Positions 25,779-38,600 of a stretch of DNA of 64,000 nucleotides are shown here, in pieces; position 1 is the stretch's first letter, and each line of letters starts with the position of its first letter. Under the pieces are notes generated by a model. It was given only the letters and a program-made list of their open reading frames with translations, did no database searches and was not told where the DNA came from. Location of the stretch: contig NW_018408109.1 in the NCBI RefSeq assembly GCF_002113885.1, forward strand, positions 650,260 through 714,259. The letters are read 5' to 3'. This DNA is from Mizuhopecten yessoensis (lineage: Eukaryota). A program made the position numbers and the translations under genes.

Positions 25779-28700
25779 CAAAACAATATTCTGATAACAA
25801 TAAACTATATATAACATACACGGATCACATACGAATATGTAATACTGAACGACGTTTGTTGAAAATAAAAACGAATTGCCTCGCTAATTGTTAGCTAACT
25901 ACGATAAGCGCCCCCAAGCGGTTATCATTAAACAAGGTACATAGCGCCCCCAAGCGGTTATCATTAAACAAGGAACATAACCAGTATTTAACAAAATTGA
26001 ATTTGTACCATCACATTTCTTCAACAATACATTATGGGGCTAAATATATATCTGTAATAATATCGATCACATATCAAATGAATGTCAAAATCTATAACTC
26101 TCCAACACTTCACAGTTTATTTCCCGTTTTTGCTGGGGAAAAGATTATCCTGTCATTACTTGACAGATCACACGGACTGTGACTCTGAAAACGTCACTAC
26201 TGCATCATTACTTTATGTAGTGTAACCAGGGAAGCGTCATCACTTTATGCAGTGTTACCAAGGAAGCGGCGTCTAACCAGAGGAGCGTCATCACTTAATG
26301 AAGTTTAACCAGGGAAGCGTCTTCAGTTCTGTCACACATTTCATGCGTGCTCGGGGATTGCGCTGTGCATTTTGGGTGCACCATTATAAAATAGGTTTAT
26401 ATGGTATTAATAGTATGTAAAGTTTGGGAGAGAAATATTCAATCACCCATTTGCGATGCAGACATAGAAATATCAACCCTCGGGATAAGAGTGTTGAGGT
26501 TCAGCACTCAGCAAAGCCTGGCGCAAGAAACTTCGAATGTTTTTTAACCCTCGTTGAGATTTCTTTGTTAATAACACATAGGAGTGATAGATTATAATTA
26601 TCCCATATATGGCTTCATCTGTGTTAATCTAAGCGGACTACATGCATTTGCTGGTCGTGACTACATGAAGATGATATTGACTTCGCTCGTGCAGATCAAA
26701 ATGTTTACTTTATTTGTCAAGATCACAGACTTCATTTGTTTACTTTAATTGTCAAGATCACAGACTTCATTTATTATCATTATTAACTTTTTTCAGCTTT
26801 TATTTAGGCAATATTGATTTTACTTTATTTAGAATATTTATCAAAGCTATATGGACTTTATATTTTTAGACAATGTAACCTTTATTTTTCCTTGTTGACT
26901 TAATATATTCAGACTGTTTATGCTTATGTTTATGGACTCTCGACAAGAAACTGAAGGTTTAGTCCAAAGGAAGTATCACGTTGTGGTCTTAATCATTCAC
27001 GAGATGATGGACTTTATTTTTCTCCCAAAGGCTGATATTTTTTATTCAGACTATGTGGAATATTTTGAGACCTTATTAACTTTATCTCCCCAAAAAATGT
27101 GAAGTACATTTATAAGAAGACGCTTAACCTCCCGGAGCTCATGGTCTTATTCTTCTTTTACATTTTCAATATAACATAACATTTAATAACTTTCATATTT
27201 TGCAAAATATGTTCTCTATTTGGATTTCGAAATAGGATTTTGGTGATATTTAATTATTCCCCTGTTTGTTTGTTTGTTTGTTTTTTAAATTCGATTTTTA
27301 TCTTACAATAACAAGTTAATTTATTCAGACCTTATAGACTTCCGAGAGGACACAAACAATTCCCTACCAAGGAAGTACCAGTGCTGATATTCCTCTACCT
27401 AAGCCTGACAACGATTTTACTATACTGTAATTATAACGTCGCTATGAGGCAGATTTTGGAAAGAAATATAATGTGTATGTCTATAAACATATCTTGACGG
27501 TATTTCCTTTCAAACATTAATATTTTCTGGTGGAAAAACAGCCAATCTTGATGTAGCGCCCCTCGTTACTTTTACTACATCGGCTATCGCCAATGTAAGT
27601 CTTTTTTCCCTTATGAATCTCGTTATATCTCTTATTCAATTAATCACCAATTCCTTTTATAACGTCAAATTTTCTCTTGGCAAACGATGACAGTATAACG
27701 AGGTTTTACCGTAAATAAATCAGATTTAGTTAATAACAGGGTAAGTACGGTAACTTGGAGCACATGGAGTCGTGCGTTCTGGTTATATTGGTCCGCGGTT
27801 AAAGCTTGTTAGACTGTATCCTTAGACCTGTCATAAACTAGGTTATATTTATACATTTACCCAATCACCCCTATGTAGATTTAGTAGACTCTGCCATCTG
27901 TTGATATGGACGAGTCCATTATTAAAAACAGCAGAACAAGGGTTAAGATACCTAATAGATTATAGAGTATAATATATATACAAACCTCGAGATCCATCAT
28001 ACAATATATCTTGTACATATGTTCTTTACTTTACAAATGAAGTTTAAACACTATATATTTGAGATCATTTCTGTAAACCATAATATATCATACCACACAC
28101 TACTCCCATACAAAGACAACACCCGTGTCAACTCACTCATCTTTGTAGATACTTTAAACAGAAAAAAAAATCTTAAGTACCACATTTACGAATCATGTCA
28201 CGTTTTGTATCGTATCCTTCAATGAGTATTCGACAATATCATCAACAACCCAGTTAAAAGACTACAGATATCCGATATTTTCAACATTTAATACTTATTC
28301 ATAAGTTCGATAAAAAAAAATCACTCGTATACATGTATATGCCGTTTCATAAGATGTGCGATCCAATATTTTAAAATGCATATACTCACTATCCTTCGTC
28401 TTATTGTTTATAACTCAATAAAACAAATCAACATCATCAAATAGAAACCTTCATGACAACAGCCAATACAATCGATCGTATCATCACCAAGTACAGGTTC
28501 GTTGCATCACCCAATCGAATCCTTCCTGACGTTATCCAATAAAAATCCGTGTTACGCATCCAGTAACATTGTTTGTTATCTATCACCTATTTGTTCCTGA
28601 CATTACTGCTGTACATTTCCCTCCAGTTACCATGGTATCCATGCAATTTATGTGGCATATTGATTTTTGAATTATCTACATATATGGCACTTCATTTCGA

Positions 28701-29043
28701 ATACAATTAAAATGCTGTTTTGCATCAAGTCGAATAAAAGGATTTGAAATATTGCAAGAACTACAGTCAAGTTTTTAAAATCCGCCAAAAGTCAGTTAAA
28801 ACACTTTTTAAAAGCGTTGATATTGTGGTCGATTCCTTTTCAATGATTTGTAGTTCCCCGTTTCTAATTTCCTGATGTAAACACATGTTACGCATCCTTT
28901 TCTCGTTAAATTTTGTAGATATTTCTGTTTAAGAAATCGCATTCATACAGCTCAATTAAAACATGATATGTTCCCCACGCGTATGTACGAAAATGCACAA
29001 TTCTGATTGATTTGCCGCCTTTTCAAGGAGGCGGTTCACAGGG

Positions 29044-29698
29044 CTATAATTTCGAACCAAAGTCCTGTTTACAATTACCGGTAACATTCGGATGGCCGTT
29101 GAACACTCGGAAGTCTTCGGGCACTGCGCCAATCCTCATAGTAAAGTTATCGGCAACGTCAGCAAAATCGTCTGTTACGTCATCAAAATCGTAAACACTA
29201 TCGGAAACGCTAGTACAGTCTGAAGATGCGGTGGCAGTGCGCATGTCCAGTTTACATCCCCGCGATGACGCCATCGAATTTTTCGAGTTAGTTTCCTCAA
29301 AATTGCACTTTGTGATACCGACTTGTTGAAATCGATTGGTCTCCCGCACATGCGCACTTGTGGAAGGAGTATCGAATTGCGAGTCGTATCCTTTCTGTAA
29401 CTTGTAATGTTTGAATTTATGGGGGAAATTTGATTGAGCTAGGGCACTTTTCGCAGCTGCTTTTCGTTTAGAGCAAATGTCAAACACTTCTTTCAGATCC
29501 CGCGAGGGTACTGCTTTTCCGGAGGTGCCAGGTATTCGTGATACGCGCTCAGGGTGAGTCTGGCCGTAAGATGTCGCTGCAAGTCTCGTTTTGGAGACGT
29601 TTGTAACCATGGATTTTACACTACTATCACTAAGGACATCGTCCAATCGTATCTGCAGAAAATCTGTGACGTCATTCAACAGCACGTGATTCCCAGAC
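29044..29698 (-). CDS. BCOR: BCOR-like terminal coding exon ([21 protein letters not shown]…FGSKL*)
   Basis: Strong acceptor ttttatttttttgcag; AC|G completes Thr. NHVLLNDV resembles the PUFD NWLLLSDV motif. ORF 29044..29685. Confidence 0.78.
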
Positions 29699-32600
29699 CT
29701 GCAAAAAAATAAAACAGAAAATTAGTTAAACATTTTATATATTAAAATACTTTGATCAGTACGTTTATCAATAATAAGAAGTTATACATGAAAATTATGT
29801 ATATTTTCTTATCAAAATGATGCATTATACAACAAAAATATTAATAAGGACAGCGGCAGGGTGGCCGGGTGGTGCAAGGGATAGTGCACCAGCTTTTCTC
29901 AAAGACGCAAGAGGTTCGATTCCCCGCTCAGCCGTGAAAAGATATGGGGTCATCTTCCCGACCAATAGGTTTTCTCCGGGTACTCCGATGTCCTCCCCTA
30001 TGAAGACCCCATGTGCGCTACCACCTGAGGCAACAAGAGTGGTTAATATATGTTGATATAACTGTTTTCACAGCTGTAGTAAAATAAATAAATTTTCCTT
30101 TTTTTAAGGAGCCCTGTATACAATAACCTCCCATGGATTTTGTTTTGGATATGACTGTATCACAGTTAGGCCCAGGTAGTAGTTCATATTTGTAAGCCTT
30201 GTATCGGTAGTGTATGTGTATGTAAATCCATACGGCTTGACGGCCAAATTATCCCTTTTATGCCCCAGAGGAGGAGGGCGTTACCCGAGGTACATGTCTG
30301 ATAACTTCCTATATTTTACCAAACATCGACAAGGGCGTTCACCCAAGAGGCTGGTCCATATCGGCTACAAACGGGCAGTACATCTGATATCGACCAATTC
30401 GGAATGTCTACGTGATCCACGCAGTTCGTATTGATCTGCCATCGCACGCTAGCCCCTGTTTACTCATTAACGAAACCATGCAATGTGAATTCCGCACGAA
30501 ACACATCGAAGCGAAGGTGATGTGACATTTTGGTTTATTTACACTTAAATGTTACAGTCGTTAAACTGCTCCGGTATGTTTTTATATGCACCGAGAGAAA
30601 GGTTAATGCAGTAGATGGTAACTAGACGAGATGCTCCGAAATGAGAACCACGAATACCGTTAGACGTGACCAACAGAAATAACATGAGTACCTACGGACG
30701 GGTCTACCTACCATTAGTATAACCAACTAGTACCCTTGGACGGGATTACAGCTAGTACCATAAGTGTCATTGGAGGGGCTCAGAAGTACTAGTATTACCA
30801 CATGTGCTTGTGCGGGGGCCACCGAAAGAACCACGAGTACCATCGAAAAGGACCACTAGTACTTGTAGTACAAAAGACAGAGTACTAGGTGTACGATCGG
30901 ATGGACCACCAGTAGTACCCCACGTACGCTCGGACAGAACCACTAGTTGTACCACGCGTACGCTCGGACGGACCACTAGTTGTACCACGTGTCCAATCGG
31001 AGGGACCACCAGTAGTATAACGCGTAAAACCGGACGGACCACTAGTTGTACCACGCGTACGCTCAGACAGAACCACTAGTTGCACCACGCGTACGTTCGG
31101 ACGGGACCACCAGTAGTGCCACGCGTACCCTCGAACGGGATTCCCAGTAGTACCACGTGTACACTCGGAGGGAACCACCAGTAGTACCACGGGTACCCTC
31201 AGACGGGACCACCAGTACTATTACAAAAGCCATAGAAGGGACAACGACTATTACCCTCGGACGGAACCATCAGTAGTACTACATGTTTTGCCAGACGGGA
31301 CCGCAAAATTTTCACGAATACCCGCTACGGAAACATCACGAGTACCCGACGGAACATTGTTTTCAGTTGTTGCGTGTTCCCTAATTGCTATTTGCATTTC
31401 TATACTGGAACGCTTCATCAAATGGCTGAGTATCGGTCTCGCCCCCATTTTACCATTTACTCAAGTGTAAACCCAATACCTAATTTAGTGTACTCTTCAA
31501 AGTCTTATTTCATAAGGGACTACTTGAACAGCCCCGTAACCGTAACGTTAACAGCGAAAGAGATACTTCATCAAGATTGTATGCCTTCGTTATATATGGA
31601 ACCGCACTACAAGTGCCGTTCGCCCACGAATAGTCTTATTTATGATTGTGCTCTTCTTGAATGTCGGGACCACCTCTTGCTCTTCTTGCAGTTTAAACTG
31701 ATTTGACCGTTAAATCATTAATCCACATGGACATTGCTATGGCAACAATTTCTAGTTTCTACCGATACAACAGTGCAAACAAAACGTTAGCCCGCTACAA
31801 TAGGTTAGGTTTAGTCTGCAATAACATCAATTTGATCCCCTGGACTTCCGGTTATTCGAACATCGGAACCTCTGCATAAAAAATAAACGAACGTTACACC
31901 GGCGTATTATACTTGTATAACAATATACAATATTTGAAAACATTGTATATATAATCATAATTGCAGTCTTTATTGTAAGATTTTGAACGCAATGGGATCA
32001 GTGTCATTCTGATGTTTTTGTTTCGCTATATACCGTCTACTAAATTCGGTGTAATTTCGGTCTTGTTATCTAGATAGAGTGTATACACAGTATCACAAAA
32101 TATCATTACGTTGCAATATACAAATATGGTTCACATGGCTAATATTCAAATAACACGAATAAACAGTTTAACACTTATAAACTATATGCTATCTCTTAAC
32201 TTCGTTGTAACGCTCGACAGATGAAATAACATCGCGTGGACTCCGGCATTTGTAAGCGTAGCCATTTTGGTCGTAAAACATTCAGAAACAAGGCGACAGT
32301 CTTCGGCAGCTTGTGACGACATAAACATTAACGCCGGAAGTATTGTGTTCAACATAAAATCGATACCGGTCCCGTCCGTTGTCTCCGGATAAGATCGATG
32401 GCAGGCGAGTAAAGCGGATTACTGCCGTATTCTGGAGGGGTGACCTAGTGCGGAAACATCTCGGAGAAATTAAAGACCTAGTCTTGCTAGTTAATATCTT
32501 TAAGCATTTAAAGACAAGTTGTGTCTGGTCATGTCTCAACTCTCTGATAATGCTACCAAAATTTCCGTAAATTATCGAATTTCGTATGCAACACCGCGCG

Positions 32601-35600
32601 CGATGGTATTCCATCAGTTATGCCAATGCTAAATGACTGTTCCCTACCAACATGTGATCACCACGTGACCTGGGATTTCATCAACCTTTAACAAATATCA
32701 AGTGGTGTAGGATACACGCGCTTGCGTGCATCGGGTCAATGTTTACATAGCCAGTCTCGTGATCCTACTTCTACTTCCCACACTGCATTTGTCTTATAAA
32801 ACGCGTATTTCTGACAAATTAAAACTCTTATTGTTAGAATCACGTAAGGATTCCTGTTTGTAAATCTTAATAGGTGTAGTTTTCATCTAATCAATTACAA
32901 TCATTTTTGAACTGGCTTGAAGTCGAAATGGTTTCTGATAACTGTGTGCCAATATACAATGTAAACACAATTGCAGTGTTATTACAAATCCTTCGTTAAC
33001 ATTCCGACAATATAAAACGGACAGTTTCGCGTTCGCACTGTAACTTTTGAAACTGTCCGCTGTGCGATGGCAAGAGTTTTGAAATCTGTATATTCTAAAC
33101 TCTATAATGAAGTTTGATACTGCTTATGATCATTTGATGAGGAGATGTTGACAAGACTGGAGGGTTTTATTGTCATTTTAATTTACAATTTGGTTTCAAA
33201 AATAGTATGGCTATACTTCAGAAGCTCATTTACGAACATTTGTTGGCGTATTTCCAACTACCTGAGCATGCGCAAACGTGGTTTACTTTTGTAAATTATA
33301 ACAAGAGATCCAAGAGGGATCTTGGCGCTCACCATTGTACCATCTTCATTAGTTCTTTTTAACAGTAAATGCACCTTGAGGTAACTTTTGATCTAAACTT
33401 AATACTGCTGTGTATAAAAGACAACCTTCAAAGTGAGTTTGTCATTTCACATATTTACAAGTACAGTACTTAATGTGAAAGAAATAGAATCGATCATTGC
33501 AATATGAGAAAGATCTGTTTAGTTTTTCCTTTAGCCATTTTGTTTTAATGATCAGTCTCAAAATATAGCATGCACAACGAGGGATCAAGGGGAAACATAC
33601 GTATCAAATTTGAGAAAGATCACCAGGTTATTCCTGAGAAATAGTACTAACAAACGTTCAATGTCAAAAATCGAAGCCTGTCTGCCATCGTGTTTATCAG
33701 ATCAGTCTCAAAAGTAAATATGCACAACTAAGGACCTAGGGGAACCTACATATAAGATTTGAGAAAGATCTCTCCACTATTTATTGAGAGAAACAGCGAT
33801 AACTAACCTTTAATGTCACAATCCAAGATGGTGGCCTATCGGCCCTTTTTTTATCTGATCATTCTCAAAATTAAACATGCACAACAACAGACCTAGGGAA
33901 GCATACATAACAAATTTAGGAAAGATCCCTTCAGTACTTTATGGGAAATAGTGATAAAAAAAACCTTCACTATCAAAATCCAAGATGGCTGCCTGTCGGC
34001 CATGTTTTTTTATCCGATCAGTCTCAAAAACTGCCCTGCACAACGAGGGACCAAAGGGGAGCTACATGTAAAATTTGAGAAAGATCCCTCTGGTACTAAC
34101 TGAGAAATAGCGATAACAAGAATTGTTAAAGGACGGACCATGGACGCAGGGCGATTTGAATAGCCCACCATCAGATGGTGGTGGGCTACAAACGGATTCC
34201 AAGCCGAAACGAGAACGTAAAATTCACGCTCTGGTCATATAATTTCGCTAAATTGCAAGTTCAGGCCTTAATTCTAAATCGATAACATATAAATAAAGAT
34301 GCTACAGGCCTTGTAATTAAAGTACTATTATAGAAATACATGTAAGTTTACTGGCCTATATGAAACAATACACGCGTGCGACGTACACGATGTATGATAC
34401 AGATCCCAATCTAGTGACGTCATCTTTCGGAAGTAAAAACACTGAGGGATTTCTCAAAGAATCTAAATACGAAATATACATCAATATATTCCTAATGGTA
34501 TTGATGTTTATTGGTATGTATCGCCATCAATCACGTTAAAATAAACATAACCCTAGTTGTATTGTCATATCAGTACGGATGTATCTACTTCACTATGGCC
34601 ATTAATCTAACAGAGGATATAGGATCGTGGGTTATACAAGCATCTATCAATATGTATGAAGGTTGTTATGATACATACATTTGATGAAACTAAACTATGG
34701 CCATTAATTTAACACAGGATATAGGATCGTGGGTTATACAAGCATCTATCAATATGTATGAAGGTTGTTATGATACAAACATTTGATGAAACTAAACTAT
34801 GGCCATTAATCTAAAACAGGATATAGGAGCGTGGGTTATACAAGCAACTATCAATATGTATGAAGGTTATTATGGTACATACATTTGATGAAACTAAACT
34901 ATGGCCATTAATTTAACACAGGATATAGGATCGTGGGTTATACAAGCATCTATCAATATGTATGAAGGTTGTTATGATACAAACATTTGATGAAACTAAA
35001 CTATGGCCATTAATCTAACAGAGGATATAGGATCGTGAGTTATACAAGCAACTATCAATATGTATGAAGGTTGTTATGATACAAACATTTGATGAAACTA
35101 AACTATGGCCATTAATTTAACACAGGATATAGGATCGTGGGTTATACAAGCATCTATCAATATGTATGAAGGTTGTTATGATACATACATTTGATGAAAC
35201 TAAACTATGGCCATTAATCTAAAACAGGATATAGGATCGTGGGTTATACAAGCATCTATCAATATGTATGAAGGTTGTTATGATACATACATTTGATGAA
35301 ACTAAACTATGGCCATTAATTTAACACAGGATATAGGATCGTGGGTTATACAAGCAACTATTAATATGTATGAAGGAAATTATGATACATACATTTGATG
35401 AAACTAAACTATGGCCATTAATTTAACACAGGATATAGGATCGTGGGTTATACAAGCATCTATCAATATGTATGAAGGTTGTTATGATACATTCATTTGA
35501 TGAAACTAAACTATGGCCATTAATTTAACACAGGATATAGGATCGTGGGTTATACAAGCAACTACCAATATGTATGAAGGTTGTTATGATACATACATTT

Positions 35601-38600
35601 GATGAAACTAAACTATGGCCATTAATTTAACACAGGATATAGGATCGTGGGTTATACAAGCATCTATCAATATGTATGAAGGTTGTTATGATACATACAT
35701 TTGATGAAACTAAACTATGGCCATTAATCTAAAACAGGATATAGGAGCGTGGGTTATACAAGCAACTATCAATATGTGTGAAGGTTATTATGATACATAC
35801 ATTTGATGAAACTGAACTATGGCCATTAATCTAACACAGGATATAGGATCGGGGGTTATACAAGCAACTATCAATATGTATGAAGGATGTTATGATACAT
35901 ACATTTGATGAAACTAAACTATGGCCATTAATCTAAAACAGGATATAGGAGCGTGGGTTATACAAGCAACTATCAATATGTATGAAGGTTATTATGGTAC
36001 ATACATTTGATGAAACTAAACTATGGCCATTAATCTAACCCAGGATATAGGATCGTGGGTTATACAAGCATCTATCAATATGTATGAAGGTTGTTATGAT
36101 ACATTCATTTGATGAAACTAAACTATGGCCATTAATCTAAAACAGGATATAGGATCGTGGGTTATACAAGCAACTATCAATATGTGTGAAGGTTATTATG
36201 ATACATACATTTGATGAAACTAAACTATGGCCATTAATCTAACACAGGATATAGGATCGTGGTTTATACAAGCACTTATTAATATGTATGAAGGATATAA
36301 TGATACATACATTTGATGGAACATAAACGTGTATGTCAGTCACACAGCATGACCTACTAAAGCGTGCTATAAGGGCAATGTCCCAAGAAATTATTGTTGA
36401 ATGCTAACACAATGTGACCCAGCTGTGTATCCGGGTCACAAATAAAGATATAGGAAACATTTCTTTACAAATTGCTTTCACGACTTCGGTTTATTTTTTT
36501 GTTTGTTCGTTGTTGTTTTTTTGACATTTAACGACGTACCAGGTGTAAGGAAAGCCGGAGTACCCGGAGAAAACCACCGGACGGTATCTTGAGGGCCTCA
36601 AACCGGCGACCCAGTGGTGGAGGGCTCGTGATCGATCGTAGACGATCACACGCTTTAACCACTTTCACGAAATTGGTTCTCGGAAATACTGACTACTTTG
36701 TTCAGTGTTTTATCTTTCCCAATTCTGAAGAGCAAACATGGTTTTATAGCTTCGAACGAAATAGAACTGTCCCATTTCCAAATTCCTCCAACTTCCAGGT
36801 GTTACCTGTTTCTTACTTCTCTACACGTATGTGCGCGGAAACCTGGAATTTCGTAGATAATTTCCAATGATTCGGTTTGTTTGTGTTTTACGCCCTTTAA
36901 ACAGCTGACAAGTTTTCGTAGCGGAGGTAAACCGTAGTGTTCAGACGAACATCGCCGACCTGCAGCCAGTACCTGGCGTCTACCCCACGTACTGTAGGCT
37001 TCGATATTTCCAATGAAATTCCAAGGTGGTAAAAAAAAAATTGTGCCATCATGTTACGCATGGAGCGATCTCGTCCGGGTAATCTGTCGACAGGGTTCTC
37101 TCGATTATCAAACAACAAATTGTAATGCATTGTACTTACGTATTCTTGTTGTCCGTCTTGGCGAGTTTGAAGCACGTGAATTCAGGGTCACGTGATTCCA
37201 TGATATAGTCGCCTTCGTCCTCCTCCGCAGGGTCAGCAGGAATGTTGTTGAAAATGCCCATACCCGGGAATGTCTTATCGTCTGCTGAAACCAAAGGTGA
37301 ACGAGTACGTAGAAAATATCGTATTACCAACGCATTCAGTTTCGTAAATATGAAACCAAATCAAACAACCCGGAAAAGTAGAGGAGATCACGGGAGAGGA
37401 GAGGCTACGATATGGAAAGGGGGAAGGGAAGGGGAAGGTTTACAGTATGTGTATATCCTGTGTGCGTGCGTGGTTGTGTGCGTGTGTACGTGTGTGAGAG
37501 GGCGGATACAATACTAAACCAAAGAGGACGTGCCACAGGTACGAACGGGCGTCACAATTTTTGTATAACCACTGTGACGCCGGTTCGTACATGTGACATG
37601 CCCCTGTGTAATAAGCTTATTATACTAAGACATTTAATCCAGTTTCCAAAACTTACTACGGCACACTATCTTTCACTTCTTCACAAGAATCGAAAAGAAT
37701 CACTTGAGAGTTGTCGCACTTGACTACATGAATGAACTACCGGTTAACGGGTTAGAAATTTCTACAGACGGGGTAGGATGTGCAATACTATATGTTCTTT
37801 TGTGTGATAGTGTTGTTGAATTTCAGACATTATATCACGGATCCCTAACCTTTATTCCAATCGGATAACATAAATGCCTGTTCAACATTACGCATTCGCC
37901 TATATATATATAGATATAGATTGATTTTCACAAGTACATGGTTTTGTCACATTTCGAGGGATGCGGTAAACACACCTGACAATCCTTTTCGGTCATGTTT
38001 GTACAAACTATCAGAATGTAAACGGCTTATCCTGATATTCAAAAGTAGCAATAACAATATTGATATTCCGGAAATGAATTAAGTTATGAAAGAACGAAAT
38101 AACGACAGGAAATTGCATGCAGTTCAATGGCCATCGGTCGAATGAGTAGAGTACTGTAAGCTAGCTTACACATGTACATAAACAACAGGTAAATGCTCAT
38201 CCGTCCGTAAAAGGGTGGGTCTTAATCATCAGAAAACGCTCATCGTGCCCATACATACAACAAGAGCACTAACAAGAAGAACAAAAACAGCAAAAAACTA
38301 GGTAAAAACAATTAGTCCCCAAACTTGTACTGATCCGTATGTATGGCCCTACCGAAGTAATAGCTCGGAGAGGAGGATGCTCGACAGACATGTATATATA
38401 TACAGCTAATGATAAATAAGCCTAAACACTAGTTCTATGAAATTGAAAGAAAAGTTATTTGGGACTAGCTGTCCAAACAAAACTGTAATTCAAAAAGGGC
38501 AATATCTTTGCCAAAAAGCATGAGGTCGCTGTGCTGGGTACACACGTTCAATTGTATTTGTTTGTTGGTGGTAAATACTGCCAGGTTTGAAGGAAATCGG

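Noticed and set aside
30767-31190. Overlapping ~90-100-aa ORFs (also the 52287-52863 ORFs)
   Set aside because: They are translations of tandem repeats.
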